Shown: positions 1 to 7,980 of the stretch, piece by piece | Layout: each line of letters opens with the position of its first letter | Numbering within the stretch: position 1 is the first letter of the stretch | From: Candidatus Methylomirabilota bacterium | GTDB taxonomy: Bacteria; Verrucomicrobiota; Verrucomicrobiia; Limisphaerales; SXQI01 | NCBI GenBank assembly: GCA_035627835.1 | Contig: DASPKX010000113.1 | Span: 41,358 to 105,357 of the forward strand | Reading direction: 5' to 3' | Length of the DNA: 64,000 bases | Notes under the pieces: generated by a model | What the model was told of the DNA's origin: nothing | Database searches by the model: none | The model's input: the letters and a program-made list of their open reading frames with translations, nothing else | Translations under genes and position numbers: made by a program

Positions 1-36
1 ATTGCACCAGAGGCCTCTCCCGTCAATGTTGAAGAA

Positions 37-681
37 ATGGAACGAGTTACTGCTTACGTGGATGGTTTTAATTTGTACCACGGCCTGAAGGAGCGAAACC
101 TCAGAGGATTTTACTGGTTAAACATCAAAGCCCTCATTCAAAGCCTTCTTCTTCCCGACCAAACGCTGCGGCATGTTCATTACTTCACGTCCAGAGTCGC
201 TGGTCCTCCGGAGAAAGTGAAGCGTCAGGGAACGTACATTGAAGCGCTCCAATTAATCCAAGGAGTCACTGTGCACTTCGGCCACTACGTCGCAAGCTCG
301 AGCAGGTGCCGCTCCTGCCACGCGGAGAACATCGCACCTCGGGAGAAACGGACGGATGTGAACATTGCTGCTGCTATGCTCTTTGACGCGTTCGCAAATA
401 ACTTTGACAACGCCATTCTCGTTTCAGGTGACACAGATCTGATCGGTCCCTTGGAAGTGATGAGGCAAATGTTCCCGAAGAAGAAGAGGACCATTGCGTT
501 TCCTCCAGGACGGCACTCTGGGCATTTAACCAAATTTGCTACTGGTTGGCTGCACATTGGTGAGGACAAGTTCGCCAAGAGCCTACTCCCTCTGGAGGTG
601 GAGAAGCTATCCGGCTTTAAGCTAAAGAAGCCAGATTCATGGCTTTACCGCGGCAAGGCTGCGGACTTTGAAAGGAAGTGA
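37..681 (+). CDS. NYN-domain (LabA/DUF88-like) putative ribonuclease
   Basis: 214-aa ORF. 'AYVDGFNLYH' near the N-terminus and 'ILVSGDTDL' are typical acidic motifs of NYN/PIN-like nucleases. The first 120 nt are about 44% GC (hand count), lower than neighbouring genes. Confidence 0.7.
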   Translation: MERVTAYVDGFNLYHGLKERNLRGFYWLNIKALIQSLLLPDQTLRHVHYFTSRVAGPPEKVKRQGTYIEALQLIQGVTVHFGHYVASSSRCRSCHAENIAPREKRTDVNIAAAMLFDAFANNFDNAILVSGDTDLIGPLEVMRQMFPKKKRTIAFPPGRHSGHLTKFATGWLHIGEDKFAKSLLPLEVEKLSGFKLKKPDSWLYRGKAADFERK

Positions 682-682
682 T

Positions 683-721
683 CACTCCGAGCGCACAGCG
701 CACCTCGAGTGCAGGTTTTTT
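683..721 (+). terminator. putative intrinsic terminator after the NYN gene
   Basis: CACTCCGAG...CTCGAGTG stem with one bulge, then cagg and T6. Confidence 0.45.
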
Positions 722-769
722 GAGTGATTTGAATCGCGGCGCCGTCTATGATAGGTAGGAAGACTGATT

Positions 770-1045
770 ATGAAGACACTGTTTGCTGTTCTGTTCGCGG
801 CGGCTTTAGTCCCGGCGTTTGCTGCCGATGCCAAGAAAGACGAGAAAGCTCCGAAGCCTTACAAGCTCGACACCTGCGCTGTCAGCGATGAGAAGCTGGG
901 CGACATGGGTGATCCATACGTGTTCACGCACGAAGGGCAGGAGTACAAACTTTGCTGCAAGTCGTGCAAAAAAGACTTCGATAAAAATCCAAAAAAGTTC
1001 GCTAAAAAGCTAGAAAAGGCTGAAAAAGGCGACAAGAAGAAGTAA
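770..1045 (+). CDS. small secreted Lys-rich protein with a TRASH/YHS-like Cys motif (possible metal chaperone)
   Basis: 91 aa. Signal peptide MKTLFAVLFAAALVPAFA. C-x25-C-x3-C spacing is close to the TRASH motif (C-x19-22-C-x3-C). GGAAG lies upstream of the ATG. Located directly upstream of the cus-like operon. Confidence 0.6.
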   Translation: MKTLFAVLFAAALVPAFAADAKKDEKAPKPYKLDTCAVSDEKLGDMGDPYVFTHEGQEYKLCCKSCKKDFDKNPKKFAKKLEKAEKGDKKK

Positions 1046-1084
1046 GTTTGAAGCGCGGGCGGCTCGCTGCTCGCGCTCCTGATT

Positions 1085-1429
1085 GTGAAAGTTTTCTGGG
1101 CCAGTCTGTTTGCGTTCCTGGTGTTGATCGCTCCTGTTGTGGGGAGTGGCGGCCTCAGCGGCAACGATTCGCAGGCAAGCATCTCCGCAGCTTGCGGGTG
1201 CAAGCCTCGGCCCTGCTGCGCGACCCAAACTCCGACCGGTTCATCCATTCCGCAACAGTTGCCTGCCCAGCAGGCGCGCGAGAGCGCATCGCTTTCGCCT
1301 GTCCTACTAGCGGCGTTGTGGGCGCTGCCGACCCATGTTGCTCGCCATGCGCAGGTGGAGAACCGCTCCACTGTTCGCCTCAAAAAAGCAGTTCCACTCT
1401 TCACCAGGAACTGCTCTCTCCTGATCTGA
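1085..1429 (+). CDS. hypothetical secreted Cys-rich protein (uncertain gene)
   Basis: GTG-start ORF with a signal-like N-terminus (MKVFWASLFAFLVLIAPVVG) and a 'CGCKPRPCC' cluster. No clear RBS, and a competing ORF lies in another frame (1048..1467). Confidence 0.3.
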   Translation: MKVFWASLFAFLVLIAPVVGSGGLSGNDSQASISAACGCKPRPCCATQTPTGSSIPQQLPAQQARESASLSPVLLAALWALPTHVARHAQVENRSTVRLKKAVPLFTRNCSLLI

Positions 1430-1580
1430 TCCTGCTCGTGAAGTGTGCGCATCCGCCGCGTTGTTAACGCGGTGGGGATCTTCAGCCACTTCACAAAATC
1501 AACGTTGCACTAATTCCGCCCGATGGCGGAGCTGCGTTCTGGTTTAGCGACGCAGCGAGAAACCTTAACACGTTCGGTTT

Positions 1581-1597
1581 GGAGCGCGCCGCGCTCC
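1581..1597. promoter_or_regulatory. 17-bp perfect palindrome GGAGCGCG-C-CGCGCTCC abutting the cusC-like RBS/start
   Basis: Read directly from the sequence. It ends 7 nt before the ATG at 1605. Candidate operator or RBS-occluding hairpin. Confidence 0.35.
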
Positions 1598-1604
1598 GCA
1601 GGAG

Positions 1605-2897
1605 ATGAAAAGAAACATAATTTTGGGCGCCGTGTGCTCATTGGCTCTGTCGTTTAACAGCGCAGCGGCAGTGGTGGACACCCCGTTCCTTAACGCCCTT
1701 TCAGAAGAAGCCCGCACGAACTCCGCCGCCTTAAAAGCCTCAGAGTCGCGTGTGGAAGCCGCCCGCGAGGAGCGGCGCGCCGTCAGAACATGGGAGGATC
1801 CCATGATTGAGATGGGAGGGGTTCTCGCGAAGAAGGAGATGCGCATGGACGAAGGCGACATCGTCTATGGCGTCGAGCAGCCGCTTCCGCTATTTGGCCG
1901 CCCGAAGGTGGCCAAGAATGCCGCGGACGCGGAGATCACCGTGGCCGAATCCCGCCACGAAATGGAATTCCAGTTGCTCCGTCGCGACATCAGCATCGCA
2001 GCTTTCAAGCTTGCTCTCGCCGAAGCAGAGGTTGAGCTGGCAAAGGAGGAAGTGGAATGGCTGCGTTTAACCCAACGGGTCGCGGAAGAGCGTTACGCCA
2101 ATGGCATGGGCGAGCAAGTGGAGGCCTTGCGGGCGCAGACCGAAACCACGCGAGCTGCCAACATGATCAGCACGGCCACTCAGGAGCGCGAGGTGGCTCG
2201 CGCAACGCTGAACCGTTTGCTCAACCGGCCAGCGGACCAGGAATGGGAGCGGTTAGAGCTTCCCGAGGTCGCGCCTGAAGTTCCGTACACACCCGCGGCC
2301 GTTCGGCTCGCGCTGCAAGGAGAGCCGGAGCTGCGCCTGCTCAAGGCCGAAGCAGAAGCCGCAGCGGCTCGGACACATGTCGCGCGCAAAGCCGCCAAGC
2401 CAATGGTCGGTGTGGCATTGGAAGGGCGTCAGTACAGCGGAGAAGGAGCGTTTCGTGAAGGCGCTGTCGTCTTCAAGATGAGCGTTCCGTGGGTCAACCG
2501 CGACAAATACAAAGCGGATATCCGCAGAGCCCAAGCGTTGGCGGAAGCAGCCGAGCATGAAGCGAGAGATTACGAAGCGGCAGTCCGCGCTGAGGTGCGC
2601 ATGCTGGTGACACGCATTGATCAAGGCCGCCGTGAAGCTTTGCTGCTGCGCGATGAGGCCCTGCCCCGAGCGAGGCAGACCCTGACTGCCGCGGAAGCTG
2701 GCTGGCGCGCTGGCGCCGATTCGTTGCGCGATGTGATCGAGGCGCGCCGAATGCTCCTGGATATCCGGCGCGGTTATCTGCGGGCGGTTACCGAACAATA
2801 CCTCGCGATGAGCGAGTTGGTCTTGTGCTGCGGACTTGGTGATTTCGAGGCTCTTCAAACCATGCAGGAAGCCGTGCTGAGAAAGGAGGCGAAATGA
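1605..2897 (+). CDS. TolC-family outer-membrane efflux protein (CusC/CzcC-like)
   Basis: 430 aa with a signal peptide and Ala/Glu/Arg-rich coiled-coil repeats typical of OEP family. ATGA overlap with the downstream adaptor gene. Confidence 0.85.
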   Translation: MKRNIILGAVCSLALSFNSAAAVVDTPFLNALSEEARTNSAALKASESRVEAAREERRAVRTWEDPMIEMGGVLAKKEMRMDEGDIVYGVEQPLPLFGRPKVAKNAADAEITVAESRHEMEFQLLRRDISIAAFKLALAEAEVELAKEEVEWLRLTQRVAEERYANGMGEQVEALRAQTETTRAANMISTATQEREVARATLNRLLNRPADQEWERLELPEVAPEVPYTPAAVRLALQGEPELRLLKAEAEAAAARTHVARKAAKPMVGVALEGRQYSGEGAFREGAVVFKMSVPWVNRDKYKADIRRAQALAEAAEHEARDYEAAVRAEVRMLVTRIDQGRREALLLRDEALPRARQTLTAAEAGWRAGADSLRDVIEARRMLLDIRRGYLRAVTEQYLAMSELVLCCGLGDFEALQTMQEAVLRKEAK

Positions 2898-4666
2898 AAG
2901 CAAAATGGATTTTTATCGTGGTGGCGCTGCTCATTGCGGCTGGATACGCCGGATGGCGGGCGGGCAAATCGGGCCTTGGAGCCGGAACTGCCAACAATGA
3001 TGGCGGTTCGCGAAAAGTCGCCTTTTACCAGTCCCCGATGCATCCCTGGATCAAATCGGAGGAGCCGGGGAACTGCACCATTTGCGGGATGGCGCTGACA
3101 CCCGTTTATGAAGGCCAGAAAGGCTTTGAAGTGGCATCCGATGTCGTGACGCTGTCGAGGAACACCATCAATGTCATTCACGTGGCAACCGTGCCGGTCA
3201 CACGCACAAATCTCACGCGTGGCCTGGCGGCCGTTGGCTCTGCTGAAAATGATGAGCGCCAGCGGCGCGTGATCTCTGCCTATGTGGAGGGTCGGATTGA
3301 CGAGCTGCGGGTGACGTTCCCAGGCCAGGTCGTGAAGCAAGGAGAGTTGCTTGCGCGGCTGTACAGCCCCGCGTTGCTCACTGCTGAACGGGAGTATTTG
3401 TCGTTGCTCGATGCTCCAGGCGAAGGCGAGAGCCGCGGGTTAACCGAGGACCGCACTCGGTTGCGCGAGGCGGCGGAGCAGCGGTTGCGTCGCCTCGGAA
3501 TGTCCCCCGAGCAAATTGCCGCCCTCGGGAGCAAAGCCACGACCAACAGTGTCACCGACATTCACGCTCCCTTTACTGGAACTGTTTTGGAGAGAATGGC
3601 CTACGAGGGCCAATACGTCGCGGCTGGGGAAAAGCTGTTCACCATCGGCGATTACTCACGCCTCTGGTTCCAGTTCGATATTTACGAGCGCGATTTGGCA
3701 TGGATTAAACCGGGCACGATTGCGCGCATCACCACCAGCTCGAATCCTGGAAAGGTTTACGAGGCGCCGGTGAGCTTTGTTGAACCGAGCATCAACCCGG
3801 AAACGCGATCCGCGCGCGTCCGTGTGGAGGTTGAGAACCCGCTGATCGGTGCGCCGAACGGGGAGTTGCGGCATGAGCTGTTCAACCGTGTCTATGCCGA
3901 GGCGGCGTTCATCTTGAGTGTGAGCAACGTGCTGGCGGTGCCGCGCACGGCTGTCGTCAGCGCGAGGGCGGAACCGCTGGTTTATGTCGATCTCGGTGGC
4001 GGCAATTATCAGCAACGAAAAGTGCAGCTTGGGTTTCGCGGGGAAGAGTTGGTGGAGATCGTTGAGGGCTTGGAGGAGGGGGAGAAGGTTGTGACAACAG
4101 GCAGCATGCTCATTGATTCACAAGCCCAGTTGAATCAACAAGCGGTCGGCCCCGAAGAAACCAGCGCTGCCACACCTCAGGCCGATGCTCGCACGAAGGG
4201 GCCTCCGATCAACCTCACGGCAGAGCAGACGACGTTCCTGCGAGAAATTGTGGATGGCGCGGCAAAAGCTGCGGATGGATTGGCGGCGGATCGCGTGACC
4301 GAATTCAACAGCGCGGCGCCGCAACTTGCAGAGCGCCTGGCGCACGCGGAACACATCTTCCCGGCGGAGCATGCATGGATGGGCGGGCTGAAGAAGTTAG
4401 GCGGCGCGGGCAAGCTCAAGCCAACGAATGACCTCAGGGAAGCCCGGGCGCAATTCATCGCGTTCAGCAACGCCCTATCCGAGTTGGCGCTGCACGCTCA
4501 TGACTCTGAGCCGTTCAAAGCCACGCATGTTTACAAATGCCCAATGACGGACAGGTCGATGGCAGGCGCGCCGAAGAATGGGTTCTGGATCCAACTCTCC
4601 GGGCCCGTGCGCAATCCGTTCTTCGGGGCGGAGATGCTTGATTGTGGAGCGGAGGTTAAGCCGTGA
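2894..4666 (+). CDS. cusB: efflux RND periplasmic adaptor (CusB-like) with N- and C-terminal heavy-metal-binding modules
   Basis: 590 aa. AAGGAGG RBS. 'YQSPMHPWIKSEEPGNCTICGMALTPV' matches the heavy-metal-binding domain motif. Central HlyD-like barrel-sandwich region. The C-terminal extension resembles DUF3347 and carries a second 'YKCPMTD' motif. GTGA overlap with cusA. Confidence 0.85.
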   Translation: MKAKWIFIVVALLIAAGYAGWRAGKSGLGAGTANNDGGSRKVAFYQSPMHPWIKSEEPGNCTICGMALTPVYEGQKGFEVASDVVTLSRNTINVIHVATVPVTRTNLTRGLAAVGSAENDERQRRVISAYVEGRIDELRVTFPGQVVKQGELLARLYSPALLTAEREYLSLLDAPGEGESRGLTEDRTRLREAAEQRLRRLGMSPEQIAALGSKATTNSVTDIHAPFTGTVLERMAYEGQYVAAGEKLFTIGDYSRLWFQFDIYERDLAWIKPGTIARITTSSNPGKVYEAPVSFVEPSINPETRSARVRVEVENPLIGAPNGELRHELFNRVYAEAAFILSVSNVLAVPRTAVVSARAEPLVYVDLGGGNYQQRKVQLGFRGEELVEIVEGLEEGEKVVTTGSMLIDSQAQLNQQAVGPEETSAATPQADARTKGPPINLTAEQTTFLREIVDGAAKAADGLAADRVTEFNSAAPQLAERLAHAEHIFPAEHAWMGGLKKLGGAGKLKPTNDLREARAQFIAFSNALSELALHAHDSEPFKATHVYKCPMTDRSMAGAPKNGFWIQLSGPVRNPFFGAEMLDCGAEVKP

Positions 4667-7600
4667 TCAACTCGATCATACGTTGGTCGATGCGCAACGG
4701 CTTCCTCGTTGTGTGCGCCACCCTCTTCGTGATCGGGTACGGCTCCTGGGCGTTGGTCCGCACTCCGGTGGATGCGATCCCTGACCTAAGTGAAAACCAA
4801 GTCGTGGTGTTCGCCGATTGGATGGGTCGTAGTCCGCAGGAGGTCGAAGACCAAGTCACTTATCCTCTTTCTGTCAACCTGCAGGGGCTCGCTGGAGTGA
4901 AGACCGTCAGGGCCACATCCATGTTCGGCTTCTCGCTCGTGACAATCATCTTTGAAGACGACGTTGATAATTACTTCGCCCGAACGCGTGTCCTTGAGAG
5001 GTTGAACTATTTGAGCGATGTCCTGCCGAGCGGCGTCACGCCGAAACTTGGCCCCGACGCGACGGGGCTTGGTTGGGTTTACCAATACTACCTCAAAGTG
5101 GATCCCGCCAAGAGCACTAAAGGCGGCTATGACTTAGGCGAACTGAGGGCGGTGCAGGACTTCTTTGTTCGTTATCAATTGCAATCGGTTCAGGGTGTCG
5201 CGGAAGTGGCGAGCATTGGCGGTTTCGTCCGGCAGTATCAGATCGAGATTTCTCCCAAGCGGATGCGGGCGGTCGGCGTTTCCCTCCAGGAGGTTCTTGA
5301 AGCTGTGGAGCAAAGCAATCTGAACGTCGGCGGAAAGGTGATGGAGGAAAACGGCGTTGAGTTCGTGGTGCGCGGACTCGGGCTTGTAAACTCGCTTAAA
5401 GACCTGGAATCGGTCGTGATCGCATCAAGAAATGGGACGCCGATTTTCCTGAAGGAAATCGCCGAGGTGCAGATCGGTGGGGATTTCCGCCGAGGCGCTC
5501 TCGATGTGAACGGCCACGAGGTTGTCGGGGGCATCGTGGTGATGCGCAACGGGGAGAACGCGAAGCAAGTGATTGAGCGGGTGAAGGAGAAGATTTCGCA
5601 GATTGCCTCCAGCCTGCCTCCCGGTGTCACGATCGTTCCCTTCTACGATCGCAGTGAATTGATCGACCGCACCATCGACACACTCAAGCACGCGCTCACG
5701 GAAGAAATTATCCTCGTCACCCTCGCGCACATTATTTTCCTCTGGCACTTCCGCAGCATTTTGATCGTCACAATCCCGCTGCCCCTCTCGATTCTCATTT
5801 CGTTCATCCTCATGAATCGCTTCGGGATGACATCGAACATCATGTCCTTGAGCGGGATCGCCATTGCGATTGGCGTGCTCGTGGATGCCGCCATCGTGAT
5901 GACCGAGAACGTCATTCGCCACGCCGAGCGGGCGGAGAGCATCAAGGGGTCGCCTCTCAGCGCGAGGGAGCGTTGGGATGTGACTCTCGAAGCCTCCGCG
6001 CAGGTCGGCAGGCCGATTTTCTTCGCCATGGTCATCATCATCCTGGCGTTCGTGCCTGTGTTCGCATTGCACGGGCAGGAAGGAAAGCTGTTCCACCCGC
6101 TCGCCTTCACGAAAACATTCGCGATGATCGGCTCAACAATCCTGGCCATCACCATTGTTCCGGTGCTTGCAGCCTGGCTGGTGAAAGGGCCCTTCCACGG
6201 TGAGCACGAAAACATCGTGATGCGCTCGCTCCTCGCCCTCTACAATCCGGCGCTGCGCTGGTCATTGGCGCATCGGAAAAGCGTGATTGCGGGGGCGGCA
6301 GCATTGCTCGGCATGGCTGTGATCCTGTGGATTGGCTTGCCGAAGCCGGTGCAGCGGTGGTTCCACGACAAACATTGGCACACAGCAGCCAAGGTAAGCG
6401 CGGGAATGGGCAGTGAGTTTATGCCGCCTCTCAATGAGGGCAGTCTTCTCTTTATGCCCGTGCTTCTGCCGAGCGTTTCCCTCACGGAGGTTAAAAGGAT
6501 CATGGCGTGGCAGGACAAGGTGATGAGCCAGGTGCCTGAAGTCACTTCGGCTGCGGGCAAACTTGGGCGGGCTGAGAGCGCGACCGATCCCGCGCCCGTG
6601 GAGATGATCGAAACAACCATCTTGCTCAAGCCGCAGAGCGAGTGGCGCAAAGGGCTGACGCGCGAAAAACTCGTGGCCGAGCTAACCGAGAAGCTTACAC
6701 AAGCGCCCGGTTATGTGCCTGGCTTCCTGCAGCCGATTGAGAACCGGATCTTGATGATCAGCACAGGCATCCGCGCGGAAGTCGGTGTGAAGATTCTCGG
6801 CGAAAATCTTGATGAGCTTCAGCAGAAAGCGTTCGAAGTGGAGCGCGTGGTTCGCTCCGTGCAAGGCGCTGTTGGCGTTGCTGCCTCCCGTGTCCAGGGC
6901 AAGCCGTACCTTCAGATCGAGGTGGACCGAACAGCGGCCGCGCGCTTTGGGCTTCGCCCTGCTGATGTGCTTGAGGTTGTCGAAACGGGTCTGGGCGGCC
7001 GAAACGTCACCACGACGATCGAAGGCCGGCAACGCTATCCCATTCAAGTGCGGTTCAACCGTGAAGCGCGGGATGACATCGAGAGCCTGGGCGACGTGCT
7101 GGTGGCCACACCTGCTGGACCGCATATCCCTTTGGGGCAAGTGGCGAAAATTTCCCGCGTGGTCGGCCCGAGTGAGATTGCCAGCGAGAACGGCCGCTTG
7201 CGCGTGTTTGTGCAGGCGAACGTGCAGGATCGCGACCTTGGCGGCTTCGTCTCGGACTTGAAAGAGCGCATTGGGAAGGAAGTTGCCCTCCCGGCAGGAA
7301 TGACAATCGAATGGTCCGGCCAATATGAAAATCAGATTCGCGCGCAGCGGACACTCACGATCATTGTGCCCGTTGTTTTGTTCACGATCTTTCTGCTGCT
7401 CTACATCGTTTACCGCAACCTAAAGGAGGCGGCGCATGTCATTCTGGCGGTGCCATTCGCGCTCACCGGTGGTGTGTTCCTGCAGTATTTGCTCGGCTAC
7501 AACTTGAGTGTGGCCGTCTGGGTCGGTTACATCGCGCTTTTCGGAACAGCAATCCAAACTGGTGTCGTGATGGTTGTGTACCTGGAAGAAGCGGTGGAAA

Positions 7601-7887
7601 AGAAGAAGCATGAGTTAGGCGCCGCCTTCAATCACGACCATTTGCTTGAGGCAATCATGGACGGCGCGCGCCTGCGGCTGCGGCCAAAGGTCATGACCGT
7701 GGCTACGATTGTGGCGAGCTTGCTGCCGATCATGTGGAGCACACGGCCTGGGGCGGAAATTATGAAACCACTCGCCACGCCGGTGATTGGCGGCATGATC
7801 AGCAGCCTGATTCACATCCTGATAGTCACGCCGGTGATATTTGCGTGGCTGCGCGAGCGGGAGATGCAAAGGCAGCCCCACAACTGA
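4663..7887 (+). CDS. cusA: CusA/CzcA-family heavy-metal efflux RND permease
   Basis: 1074 aa, 12-TM RND architecture. The N-terminus matches the CusA family. The three Met positions of the E. coli CusA Cu(I)/Ag(I) site appear conserved by manual alignment from memory ('LLFMPV', 'APVEMIETTI', 'NRILMISTGI'). Confidence 0.92.
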   Translation: MINSIIRWSMRNGFLVVCATLFVIGYGSWALVRTPVDAIPDLSENQVVVFADWMGRSPQEVEDQVTYPLSVNLQGLAGVKTVRATSMFGFSLVTIIFEDDVDNYFARTRVLERLNYLSDVLPSGVTPKLGPDATGLGWVYQYYLKVDPAKSTKGGYDLGELRAVQDFFVRYQLQSVQGVAEVASIGGFVRQYQIEISPKRMRAVGVSLQEVLEAVEQSNLNVGGKVMEENGVEFVVRGLGLVNSLKDLESVVIASRNGTPIFLKEIAEVQIGGDFRRGALDVNGHEVVGGIVVMRNGENAKQVIERVKEKISQIASSLPPGVTIVPFYDRSELIDRTIDTLKHALTEEIILVTLAHIIFLWHFRSILIVTIPLPLSILISFILMNRFGMTSNIMSLSGIAIAIGVLVDAAIVMTENVIRHAERAESIKGSPLSARERWDVTLEASAQVGRPIFFAMVIIILAFVPVFALHGQEGKLFHPLAFTKTFAMIGSTILAITIVPVLAAWLVKGPFHGEHENIVMRSLLALYNPALRWSLAHRKSVIAGAAALLGMAVILWIGLPKPVQRWFHDKHWHTAAKVSAGMGSEFMPPLNEGSLLFMPVLLPSVSLTEVKRIMAWQDKVMSQVPEVTSAAGKLGRAESATDPAPVEMIETTILLKPQSEWRKGLTREKLVAELTEKLTQAPGYVPGFLQPIENRILMISTGIRAEVGVKILGENLDELQQKAFEVERVVRSVQGAVGVAASRVQGKPYLQIEVDRTAAARFGLRPADVLEVVETGLGGRNVTTTIEGRQRYPIQVRFNREARDDIESLGDVLVATPAGPHIPLGQVAKISRVVGPSEIASENGRLRVFVQANVQDRDLGGFVSDLKERIGKEVALPAGMTIEWSGQYENQIRAQRTLTIIVPVVLFTIFLLLYIVYRNLKEAAHVILAVPFALTGGVFLQYLLGYNLSVAVWVGYIALFGTAIQTGVVMVVYLEEAVEKKKHELGAAFNHDHLLEAIMDGARLRLRPKVMTVATIVASLLPIMWSTRPGAEIMKPLATPVIGGMISSLIHILIVTPVIFAWLREREMQRQPHN

Positions 7888-7980
7888 CCACAAGCTCCAA
7901 TCACCGCCCAGTTGTAGCTTTGGCTCAGGCGCGCCCCGGTTGCGCCGCGCATTGTTCTCTGCAACTTTCAGCCAAGGAGG

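Noticed and set aside
1048-1467. Alternative 139-aa ORF overlapping the 1085..1429 ORF.
   Set aside because: It has no signal peptide or motif and an Arg/Cys/Pro-rich composition typical of an off-frame translation. The 1085 frame is preferred, but only weakly.
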